NCBI GenBank assembly: GCA_030390025.1
Contig: JASTWF010000034.1
Location: forward strand, 2,170,001 to 2,234,000
Direction of reading: 5' to 3'
Source of the DNA: Squalus acanthias
Taxonomy: Eukaryota
DNA: 64,000 bases
Shown: positions 1 through 10,124 of the stretch, piece after piece
How the letters are laid out: every line of letters starts with the position of its first letter
Position numbering within the stretch: the first letter of the stretch is position 1
Notes under the pieces: model-generated
The model's database searches: none
What the model was told of the DNA's origin: nothing
The model's input: only the letters and a program-made list of their open reading frames with translations
Program-made: the position numbers and the translations under genes

Positions 1-428
1 CTTATGAGGAAAGAGTGAGGGAGTTGGGGCTTTTCTCTTTAGAGCGGAGGAGGATGAGAGGCGACTTAATAGAGGTTTATAAGATGATGAGGGGGACAGA
101 TAGAGTGGATGTTCAGAGACTATTTCCTCGGGTAGAGGCAGCTGTTACAAGTGGGCATAACTATAAGGTGCATGGGGGGAGATAGAGAAGGGATGTCCGA
201 GGTAGATTCTTTACTCAGAGAGTGGTTGGGGTGTGGAATGGACTGCCTGCTGTGATAGTGGAGTCGGACACTTTAGGAACTTTCAAGCGATAATTGGATA
301 AGCACATGGAGCACACCAGAGTGATAGGGAGTGTGATAGCTTGATCTTGGTCTCGGACAATGCTCGGCACAACATCGAGGGCCGAAGGGCCTGTACTGTG
401 CTGTACTGTTCTATGTTCTATGTTCTAT
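1..428 (+). mobile_element. CR1-type LINE 3' end (ORF2 C-terminus and tail)
   Basis: Translates to YEERVRELGLFSLERRRMRGDLIEVYK...FFTQRVVGVWNGLP; ends in a (CTATGTT)n-type tail. Confidence 0.85.
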
Positions 429-1510
429 AGTTGAATAGCCATTACTGCGTGCAGACATGTGTTTGGCAGAGGTGCCTACCATAGTTGAATAGCCATTACT
501 GTGTGCAGACATGTGTTTGGCAGAGGTGCCTACCATAGTTGAATAGCCATTACTGTGTGAAGACATGTGTTTCGCAGAGGTGCCTATTATAGTTGAATAG
601 CCATTACTGTGTGCAGACATGTGTGTTGGCAGATGTGCCTATGTTAGTTGAATAGCCATTACTGAGTGCAGACATGTGTTTGGCAGATGTGCCTATCTAA
701 GTTGAATAGCCTTTACTGTGTGCAGACATGTGTTTGGCAGAGATGCCTTACATAGTTGAAGAGCCATTACTTTGTGCAGCCATGTGTTTGGCAGATATGC
801 CTATCATAGTTGAATAGCCATTACTGTGTGCAGCCATGTGTTTGGCAGATGTGCCTATTATAGTTGAATAGCCATTACTGTGTGCAGACATGTGTTTGGC
901 AGAGGTGCCTATCATAGTTGAATAGCCATAACTGTGTGCAGACATGTGTTTGGCAGAGGTGCCTATCATAGTTGAATAGCCATTACTGTGTGCAGCCATG
1001 TGTTTGGCAGATGTGCCTATCATAGTTGAATAGCCGTTACTGTGTGCAGCCATGTGTTTGGCAGAGGTGCCTATTATAGTTGAATAGCCATTACTGTGTG
1101 CAGACATGTGCTTGGTAGATTTGCCTCCCATAGTTGAATAGCCATTACTGTGTGCAGACATGTGTTTGGCAGATGTGCCTATTATAGTTGAATAGCCATT
1201 ACTGTGTGCAGACATGTGTTTGGCAGAGGTGCCTATTATAGTTGAATAGCCATTACTGTGTGCAGACATGTGTTTGGCAGAGGTGCCTTACATAGTTGAA
1301 GAGCCATTACTGTGAGCAGCCATGTGTTTGGCAGATATGCCTATCTTAGTTGAATAGCCATTACTATGTGCAGCCATGTGTTTGGCAGATATGCCTCCCA
1401 TAGTTGAATAGCCATTACTGTGTGCAGCCATGTGTTTTCAGATGTGCCTATCATAGTTGAATAGCCAGTGCTGTGTGCAATCATGTGTTTGGCTGATGTA
1501 CCTCCCATAG
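427..1510. repeat. 54-bp minisatellite, ~20 copies
   Basis: Unit ATAGTTGAATAGCCATTACTGTGTGCAGACATGTGTTTGGCAGAGGTGCCTACC; the 18-aa periodicity of ORFs 411-620 and 748-1269 matches. Confidence 0.95.
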
Positions 1511-1515
1511 TATAT

Positions 1516-1858
1516 TTTTATTCGTTTATGGGATGTGGGCTTCGCTGGCATGGCTAGCATTTATTGCCCATCCCTAGTTGCCTTTGAGAAGGTGGTGGTG
1601 AGCTGCCTTCTTGAACCGCTGCAGTCTGTGTGGTGAAGGTACTCCCACATTGCTGTTAAGTAGGGAGTTACAGGATTTCGACCCAGCGATGATGAAGGAT
1701 CGGCAATATACTTCTAAGTCAGAATGGTGTGTGACTTGGAGGGGAACTTGAAGGTGGTGGTGTTCCCATGCGCCTGCCCTTGTCCTTCTAGGTGGAAGAG
1801 GTCGCGGGTTTGGGAGGAGCTGCCGAAGAAGCCTTGGTGAGTTGCTGTAGTGTATCTT
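1516..1858 (-). mobile_element. 3' end of a non-LTR retrotransposon (family B, same as 21311-21700)
   Basis: Reverse complement matches 21360-21700 (...GGGATGGGCAATAAATGC...CCCATGAATGAATAAAAA), which follows the RT ORF at 20265-20801. Confidence 0.8.
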
Positions 1859-2021
1859 GTTGAATAGCGGTTAATCTGTGCAAGGTGTGGGATGTGGATG
1901 TGTGTTTTATGAAATTGCCATAGGTTTGAATGAGTGTTGGGCATTTGGGTTTGTCAACCCTCTGGGCAAAGAGTGAAGTTGAGATGGAGAGATGTGGAGG
2001 TTTGGAAAAGCAGGTACTCAC

Positions 2022-2258
2022 CCTGACCACCCGAGTGAGCTCGTTGAACTTCTTCTGACATTGGGTGTGGGTCCTGGGCACCAGGCCCCTCGAGGAGATG
2101 TGCTGAGCCACCTCCCTCCACACCCATCTAAACTCCCGGGGCAATGGCCTCCTGCACCTCACAGGGAACAACACTGCCCATCGCTTTTCCACAGCGCCAA
2201 CCAGAGCCACCAAAGCCTCGTCGCTCAAGCCCCTAACTCTTTCTCTGGGCCTCTCCAT
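2022..2258 (-). CDS. Myb/SANT-like DNA-binding domain exon (Harbinger Myb / MSANTD-NAIF1-like)
   Basis: MERPRERVRGLSDEALVALVGAVEKRWAVLFP...WREVAQHISSRGLVPRTHTQCQKKFNELTRVVR has the trihelix/Myb_DNA-bind pattern (W..VA, R+..QC.KKF.+L). ATG context is AATAATGG; a GTGAGT donor starts at 2021. Confidence 0.75.
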
Positions 2259-2292
2259 TATTTTGAATTAATAATTGGACATAGATCCTTAC

Positions 2293-2383
2293 TAGGAATG
2301 CCGACAGCAGTGAGGAGGGGATAGTACATATTTTGTATATCATAACATATTCCTAATATCCTAAACACTTCACCCCAATCTAT
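2293..2383 (-). pseudogene. GPR139-like GPCR first exon (copy 1, probably start-less)
   Basis: IDWGEVFRILGICYDIQNMYYPLLTAVGIP, then a phase-1 GTAAGG donor at 2292. Same TM1 motif and intron position as copies 2 and 3 and vertebrate GPR139 (YYSLLLCLGLP/ANIL). In-frame ATA at 2381-2383 where an ATG might be expected. Confidence 0.7.
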
Positions 2384-2459
2384 GCCTTCCCTTCTGTGAG
2401 TGTCTGGTGGTCTTTGTGCTGGGGGCAGCGTGCTGACTGTGTGAGGTGACACAGTGAAG

Positions 2460-2545
2460 GGAGCTCCTTATTTAGAGCAGAGGGAAATCCCCGAGTGACA
2501 TCATTAGGCCTCACTGTAACTGGCATTAATTACAGTCATTGAACA
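2460..2545 (-). promoter_or_regulatory. Putative promoter of GPR139-like copy 1
   Basis: Minus strand TGACTGTAATTAATGCCAGT ... GGGGATTTCCCTC ... CTAAATAAGG, collinear with motifs upstream of copies 2 and 3. Confidence 0.6.
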
Positions 2546-2574
2546 ATCAGACTCATTGAACCATTGTCACCACA

Positions 2575-4380
2575 GCACTTTACTCAACTACCTCCTCTTT
2601 CACTATGACTTTGGCAGCAGCTTCTTCCTTGCTAAAGACAGATGCAAAGTATTCATTTACTATCTCAGCCATGCCCTCTGCCTCCATTCGTATGTCTCCT
2701 TTTTGGCCCTTAATCGGCCGCACCCCTCCTCTTACTGCCCATTTAGTATTTATATGCCAAAAGAAGACTTTTGGATTCCATTTTATGTTAGCTGCCAATC
2801 TATTCTAATACTCTCTCTTTGCCCCTCTTATTTCCTTTTTCACTTCCTCCCTGAACTTTCTATATTCAGCCTGGTTCTCACTTGTATTCTGAACTTGACA
2901 TCTGTCATACGCCCCATTTCTCTGCTTCCTCTTACTCTCTATCTTCCACTATCTCTTTCGTCATCCAGGGAGCTCTGGCTTTGGTTGCCCTACCTTTCCC
3001 CCTCGTGGGAATGTACCTCGATTGTACCTGAATCATCTCTTCTTTAAAGGCAGCCCATTGTTCAATGAGAGTTTTGCCTGCCAGTCTTTGATTCCTTTTA
3101 CCCAAGCCAGCTCGGTTCTCAACCAACTGAAATTGGCCCTCCCCCAATTAAGTATTTTTACTCTAGATTGCTCCTCGTCCTTTTCCATAGCTAATATAAA
3201 CCTCATGATACTACGATCACCGTTCCCTGAATGCTCCCTTACTGAAATCCTCTCCACTTCACCTACCTCATTCCCCAGAACCAGATCCAGCAATGCCTCC
3301 TTCCTCTTTGGGCCAGAAATGCCCCAATCAAGAAAGTTCTCTTGAACTCACTAAGGAAATTCTTTCCCCTCTCTTCCCTTTATACGATTACTATCTCAGT
3401 CTATATTAGGATAACTGAAGTCCCCCATTATTACCACTCTATGGGGTAAAAATTCAGTTGGTTGCGCCTCCCGTTAGCGCCTTAAGAGGGCGCTAATGGG
3501 GCGCAAAGCCGCTAACGCGCGGGCGCAGCGATGTTTGCGCCGCTCGAGAACTTAACTAGACATTGTGCGGCGGCGCTAAAGTTTACCGCTGCGACCGCCT
3601 GCGCGCGCAGATTGTGACGTCATTCCATGGTGCAACGCCCTTGTGGCGCCCCGGAGCGGAAATTGAGTGGCGCCCCCTGCCTTACCGCCTGACGCTAGCA
3701 ACGACAGGTTGAAGGGAGCGTTCTGCAGTCATGAAGGGAAAGGGGGAGCGCTATTTAAAGGTGACCGCTTCCTGCCTTTTATTGTTGGTGGCATTTTTGA
3801 ACTACGCATTCTGAGAGAGAGAGGGAGAGACTTCTGGAGAGATTCAACGTTGTGTGAAGGTGTTTTGGGTACTGAGCAGCACTTTGCAGGTTCATTTTGA
3901 TTTGCCATTCGTTGTATCGATTTAGCAGAGACTGTGGGAGCTGCACTCTGAGCTCTTTGCCTGGTACTCTCCATTGTTCTTTCCTGCACATTTGATGTGC
4001 AAGTCTCTCCAGGCCGAAATTCAAGGCGGCAATGAACAGGATGTGGATGGAAAGCAAGATTAACCATCCCCTTTAAGAGCTGGCCCGTGCCATTGTGTGT
4101 GTGTTCCATTGCTGACTGACATTACATGAGCTTCGCCAGTGCTCTGAGTTAGCGCCTCACTCCTTGGCCTTTGCGCCTTAAGACAGGTGTGCAGCGCCTG
4201 ATTTAGCGCTCCACTCACCTCCCGGGGCGGTAAAAGTGAAGTTTCCAGTCAGTGGCGATAATTAGCGCCAGGCGCTAGGGGCGCAACCTAATTTTTCCCC
4301 CTATATTTCTTCCACCTCTCTGCAATTTCCCTGCAAATTTGCTCCTCTGTTTCCTTCCCACTAGTTGGTGGCCTATAGAA
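2575..4380 (-). mobile_element. Degenerate CR1 ORF2 fragment (endonuclease to linker), split by the MITE at 3443-4301
   Basis: ORFs LDLVLGNE..., APWMTKEI, EIVNEYFASVF; CR1 sequence resumes after 4301 (YRPPTSG on the minus strand). Confidence 0.8.
3443..4301. mobile_element. PIF/Harbinger-type non-autonomous DNA transposon (MITE-like, 859 bp)
   Basis: TIRs GGGGTAAAAATT and (rc) GGGGGAAAAATT, subterminal GTTGCGCC..TAGCGCC, 3-bp TSD TAT at 3440-3442 and 4302-4304; removing it restores the CR1. Confidence 0.8.
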
Positions 4381-4429
4381 GCGTTTTACAGCCAATGATT
4401 CTGCCAGTCCCATTTGCAACATTTAACCT

Positions 4430-4672
4430 CTGCTGCCTTCCACCCTATCACAGACCAACTCTTTTGTTCATTCCTCCCCCCACCCCCCCTTACCCTGCCC
4501 CTACACCTGCTTACAATCTGTTACATCTCTAACTTTTTCCAGTTCTGCCGAAGGGTCACAGACCTGAAACTTTAACTCTGTTTCTCTCTCCACGGATGCT
4601 GCCTGACCTGCTGAGTGTTTCCAGCATTTTTTGTTGTTATTTCAGATTTCCAGCATCCGCAGTATTTTGCTA
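4430..4672 (+). mobile_element. Penelope-like element terminal repeat (degenerate hammerhead motif)
   Basis: AGTTCTGCCGAAGGGTCACAGACCTGAAAC...GATGCTGCCTGACCTGCTGAG; homologous to 40486-40690 and 41540-41640. Confidence 0.6.
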
Positions 4673-4689
4673 TTGTAATGTTTAAGATA

Positions 4690-5123
4690 AAAGAGAAAGA
4701 AAGACTTTCACGACCACCGGACGTCTCGAAGCGTTTTACAGCCAATGAATACTTTTGGAGTGCAGTCACTGTTGTCAGGTGAGAAACGCGGCAGCCAATT
4801 TGCGCACAGCAAGCTCCCACAAACAGCAATGTGATAATGACCAGATTAATAGTTTTTGTTGTGTTGATTGAGCGATAATTATTGGCCAGGACACCAGGGA
4901 TAACTTCACTACTCTTCATCGAACGAGTGCAACGGGATCTTTTACGTCCTGAGAGAGCAGTTTAACATCTCATCCGAAAGACGGCACCTCCAACAGTGCA
5001 GCACTCCCTCAGTACTGCACGGGAGTGTCAGCCTAGATTTATGGGCTCAAGTCCCTGGAGCTTGGGACCAACAACCTCTGACTGAGAGGCTAGTGTGCTA
5101 CCTACTGAGCCACAACTGACACT
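4690..5123 (-). mobile_element. tRNA-headed Deu-domain SINE (SacSINE1-like)
   Basis: Minus-strand head GTGGCTCAGTAGGTAGC (A-box-like), core GTACTGAGGGAGTGCTGCACTGTTGGAGGTGCCGTCTTTCGGATGAG, (CTTT)n tail; second copy at 9927-13085. Confidence 0.75.
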
Positions 5124-5129
5124 GTCAGA

Positions 5130-5440
5130 CGTGTTTACAGAGCATGTGTGTAAACGCACGAAGCGTGGTCAATAAGGTGGGTGATCTGCAGGCGCAAATA
5201 GCCACATAGTAAAATGATGTCGTGACGATAACAGAGTCCTGGCTCAAAAAGGGCAGGATTGGGTACTAAATATACCTGGATATAAGATGTTCGGGAAAGA
5301 TAGGGAAGGAAAGAAAGGAGGTGGATTAGCAGTATTGATTAAGGAGAATATTAGTGCTGGAGAAAGAGGATGTCTTCGAGGGGTCAAGGACAGAATCTGT
5401 TTGGTTAGAGTTAAGAAACAATAGAGGTACCATTACACTG
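5130..5440 (+). mobile_element. CR1 ORF2 5' (endonuclease N-terminal) fragment
   Basis: NARSVVNKVGDLQ...PGYKMFGKDREGKKGGGLAVLIKE...ESVWLELRN. Confidence 0.75.
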
Positions 5441-6195
5441 ATCCCACCTCAATCCAGGAATTTAATTCCCAGAGCCGCCTAGATTACACTGCTCCCACCT
5501 CAGTCCAGGAATGTCATTCCCAGGGCTGCCTAGAATACACTGCTCCCACCTCAGTCCAGGAATTTCATTCCCAGGGCTGCCTAGATTACACTGCTCCCAC
5601 CTCAATCCAGGAATTTCATTCCCAGGACAGCCTGGATTACACTGCTCCCACCTGAATCCAGGAATTTAATTCCCAGGGACAGCCTAGATTACACTGCTCC
5701 CACCTCAGTCCAGGAATTTCATTCCCAGGCACAGCCTAGATTACACTGCTCCCACCTCAATCCAAGAATTTCATTCCCAGGCACAGCCTAGATTACACTG
5801 CTCCCACCTCAGTCCAGGAATTTCATTCCCAGGCACAGCCTAGATTACACTGCTCCTGCCTCAATCCAGGAATTTCATTCCCAGGCACAGCCTAGATTAC
5901 ACTGCTCCCACCTCAATCCAGGAATTTCATTCCCAGGACAGCCCAGATTACACTGCTCCCACCTCAATCCAAGAATTTCATTCCCAGGCACAGCCTAGAT
6001 TACACTGCTCCCACCTCAGTCCAGGAATTTCATTCCCAGGCACAGCCTAGATTACACTGCTCCCACCTCAATCCAAGAATTTCATTCCCAGGCACAGCCT
6101 AGATTACACTGCTCCCACCTCAGTCCAGGAATTTCATTCCCAGGCACAGCCTAGATTACACTGCTCCCACCTCAGTTTAGGAATTTCATTCTCAG
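5433..6195. repeat. 51-52-bp minisatellite, ~14-15 copies
   Basis: Unit CTGCTCCCACCTCAGTCCAGGAATTTCATTCCCAGGCACAGCCTAGATTACA. Confidence 0.95.
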
Positions 6196-6433
6196 TCCAT
6201 TTCTCTTTTGCCTGAAAATGGAAGAAGAAGAAGAGTGACCTTACCCAGACAAACATGTCATCGTGTTTGACCGAGGGGAAGAATAATTAAAAGGAGCAGA
6301 GGATTAAAACGAAGGGATAAAAGGAAAAACACTTAAAATATTAACCAATGAGATAAATACGCTGTAAGCACCTCAATACTCCATGAAACTCTCTGGAAAC
6401 ATTAAATTCTCGCATAATCATACTCACAGAACA

Positions 6434-9200
6434 ATACATAGATACATAGATACATAGAAGATAGGAGCAGGAGTAGGCCATCCGGCCCTTCGAGCCTGCT
6501 CCGCCATTTAATGAGATCATGGCTGATCCTTCAATTCAGTATCCCGTCCCCGCCTTCTCTCCGTAACCCTTAACCCCTTTTGCCTGTAGAAATATATCTA
6601 ATTCCCTCTTAAATATATTTAATGAGCTGGCGTACACTGCCCTCTGTGGCAATGAGTTCCACAGGTTCACCACTCTCTGAGTGAAGAAATTCCCCCTCAT
6701 TTCTGTCCTAAATGGTTTAGCCCTTATCCTTAAATTATGTCCTCTAGTTCTGTTCTCACCCGCCAAGGGAAACATTCCTTCTGCATCTAATCTGTCTAGA
6801 CCTGTCAGAATTTTATACACTTCTATGAGGTCCCCTCTCAATCTTCTAAACTCCAGTGTGTACATCCCTAAACTACATAGTCTCTCCTCATAGGTCAATC
6901 CCGCCATTCCTGGTATCAGCCTGGTGAATCGCCGCTGCACCCCCTCCATGGCAAGAACATCTTTCCTCAGATGAGGCGACCAAAACTGTACACAGTACTC
7001 GAGGTGTGGTCTCACCAGTGCCCTGTACAGCTGCAGCAAGGTATCCCTGTTCCTGTATTCCAACCCTTTTGCTATGAAGGCCAGCATACCGTTTGCCTTC
7101 TTGACCGCCTGTTGCACCTGCATGCTCGCCTTCAGTGACTGGTGTACAAGAACACCCAGGTCTCTCTGTACTTCCCCCTCTCCCAATTTATTGCCATTTA
7201 AATAATAATTTGCCCTCCCGTTCCTGCACCCAAGGTGGATAACTTCGCACTTGTCCACATTATAGTGCATCTGCCATTTATCCGCCCAATCACCCAGTCT
7301 GTCCAAATCGCTCTGGAGCTTCCTGGTCTCCTCCTCTGAGCCCACCCCCCCTCCTAGTTTAGTGTCGTCTGCAAATTTGGAAATGCTGCATTCGACTCCC
7401 TGATCCAGGTCATTAATATAAATTGTGAACAGCTGGGGACCCAGGACAGATCCCTGTGGTACCCCACTTGTTACTGCCTGCCATTCAGAAAATGAGCCGT
7501 TTATTCCAACTCTCTGTTTTCTATCTGACAGCCAGTTCTCTATCCACGTCAATACTTTCCCCTTTATCCCATGAGCTTCAATTTTCCATGCTAATCTTTT
7601 ATGTGGGACCTTATCGAAGGCCTTTTGGAAGTCCAGGTACACCACATCTACTGGCTCTCCCCCATCTATTTTACCAGTTACTCCCTCAAAAAATTCCAAT
7701 AGATTAGTCAAGCACGATTTACCCTTTGTAAATCCATGTTGACTCTGTCCTATCCTGTCCCCATTTGCTAAGTGCTCGGCTATTTCATCCTTAATGATGG
7801 ACTCCAGCATTTTGCCCACAACTGATGTAAGGCTTACAGGTCTGTAATTACCTGCTTTTTCCCTACCCCCCTTTTTGAATAGTGGGGTAACGTTAGCTAC
7901 CCTCCAATCCATGGGCACTGTTCCCGAGTCTAACGAATTCTGAAAAATCATGCTTAGTGCATCCGCTATCTCTAGGGCCACCTCCTTCAGTACCCTAGGA
8001 TGCATGTTATCAGGCCCTGGGGATTTGTCCGCCTTCAATCCCTTTAGCTTCCTTAACACCATATCCTTAGAGATATTGATTTGCGTCAGTTCCTCCTTTG
8101 CCAATGTCCCTATTTTTCCCGATATCCCAGGGAGGTTTTTTGTGTCTTCCTTCGTAAAGACTGACCCAAAGTATGCATTTAGTTGGTCTGCCATTTCCTT
8201 ATTTCCCATTATATATTCCCCCGTATCTGACTGCAATGGACCAACTTTGGTTTTCACCAGTCTTTTCCTCTTGATATACTTATAAAAGCTTTTGGAGTTA
8301 GTTTTTATATTTTCCGCCAGCTTGCTTTCGTAAGCTATTTTGCCCTTCTTGATTAAGCCCTTTGCCCTCCTTTGCTCTATCTTAAACTGTTCCCAATCTT
8401 CCGCTCTGGCGCGTTTTTTGGCTATTTTATACGCCCTATCTTTGGATTTTATGCTGTCTCTAATTTCCCCTGTTATCCACGGTTGAGTCACCTTTTTAGA
8501 TTTCCTTTTATGCCAGATTGGTATAAACAATTTTTGCAATTTTGTCATTCTATCTTTAAATGCTTGCCATTGTTTATCTACCTCCAGTCCTCCCAGGAAC
8601 GTTGTCCAATCAGACCTACTCAGTTCCCGTCTAATGGCATCATAATTCCCCTTGTTTAAATTCAGGACCTGAGTCTCTGAGTCAATTTCTTCGCTCTCCA
8701 TTTCGAGTGAGAAATCGATCATGTTATGATCGCTCTGACCCAAGGGTCCCCGTACAACAAGATTACTAATTAGTCCCTTCTCATTGCACAGTACCCAGTC
8801 CAATATAGCCTGTTCCCGAGTTGGTTCCTCGACATATTGATCCAGATAACCATCCCTTAAACACTCAAGGAATTCCTCCTCCTCATTATTTTTACTGATT
8901 AGGCTAGTCCAATCTATATGTAAGTTAAAGTCACCTATGATGACAGCTGTGCTCTTATTGCACGCTTCTCTAATTTCCCTCGTGATGCCCTCCCCAACCT
9001 CTATTTTACTATTTGGAGGCCTATATACCACTCCTATTAATGTTTTTCGCCCCTCGCTATTTCTTAGCTCCACCCATATAGATTCTGTATTAACTGAGTT
9101 AATATCCTTCCTTTCAATTGCATTTATCCCCTCTTTTACCAGCAATGCTACCCCTCCTCCCTTTCTTTTTTGTCGATCCTTCCTAAATACTGAATACCTG
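6434..9200 (-). mobile_element. Young 5'-truncated CR1 LINE with uninterrupted ORF2 (partial APE endonuclease and complete RT)
   Basis: ORF 6536-9232 (898 aa) with [42 protein letters not shown]; (ATAGATAC)n tail at 6434-6457. Confidence 0.95.
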
Positions 9201-9765
9201 TCAGTCAACATTCTCAAACCCTCCATCACCATTCCAGGGTCTGCACAGACCCGACAGAGGTGGGGACACAGGGGTATACAATCGGGAGGGAGAAACCCTG
9301 CGAGTCCTCAACATTGCCTGAGGAGATAATGAAGTCTGATGGCTTCCAGTCAGACATGGGCAAGGTAACTTCCTGCTGATTACCACCGACCGCCCTCCCT
9401 CAGCTGATGAATCGGCACATCTTGAACACCAGTTGATGGGAGCACCGAGAGCAGAAAGGGCGCAAATTATACTCTGGGTCGGGAGGGGGAAACTTCAATG
9501 TCCATCTCCAAGAGTGGCTCGGAAGTACCATCATTAACCGAGCCCTGAAGAACACAGACTGGGATTGCGGCAGGTGGTGGGAGACCCAAGATGAGAGAAT
9601 AGGCTGCTTGACCTCTTCCTCACCAACCTACTTATCGCATATACATCTGTCCATGACGATATTGGTAGGACTGACCACCGCTCAATGTCTGTGGAGAATA
9701 AGTCTCGCCTTCACCCTGAGGCCACCCTCCATCATATCATGTGCATCTACCATGGTGATCAATGG
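9201..9765 (+). mobile_element. Degenerate non-LTR endonuclease-region fragment (probably family B)
   Basis: Remnants YRPPSADES, GNFNVHLQEWLGS, LDL..T, DH; frameshifted. Confidence 0.5.
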
Positions 9766-9926
9766 AATGAAGTTAGACAGAGTCAAGCGATCCCAACACA
9801 TCAAATTATTTCAAATCTTTCATATCCTGTTGTGAATGGTGATGAACAATTGAGCCGTTTCCCCATAGCCCTGAAAATTTCTCCTTTTCAAGTTTGTATC
9901 CAATTACCTTTTGGAAGTTATAGTTA

Positions 9927-10124
9927 AGAAAGAAAGAAAGAATTGAATTGATACGGCGCTTTTCACGATCTTGGGATGTCCCAAAGCGCTTTCAAGCCAA
10001 TGAAGTACTTTTGAAGTGAAGTCACAGTTGTACCGTAGGAAACGTGCCAGCCAATTTGAGCACTGCAAGCGCCCACAAACAGCAATGTGATAATGACCAG
10101 ATAATCTGCTTTAGTGATGTTGAT
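9927..10124 (-). mobile_element. SacSINE1-like SINE, 3' part (split by a CR1)
   Basis: Matches 4690-4870 (CCCACAAACAGCAATGTGATAATGACCAGAT); (AAGA)n tail. Confidence 0.75.

Noticed and set aside
411..1269. 18-aa repeat protein (MSAHSNGYST...)
   Set aside because: 54-bp minisatellite with frameshifted and stop-containing units; no promoter or splice evidence.
2450..2490. CACAGTG heptamer as a possible V(D)J recombination signal
   Set aside because: No ACAAAAACC-like nonamer at 12 or 23 bp and no Ig/TCR segments nearby.
3729..4109. ORF starting MEHTH, the same first five residues as human GPR139
   Set aside because: Lies inside the MITE, has no TM1 motif or matching donor, and similarity ends after five residues; coincidence.
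6536..9232. Autonomous or domesticated reverse transcriptase gene
   Set aside because: 5'-truncated within the endonuclease, no ORF1 or promoter, and an ordinary CR1 tail.
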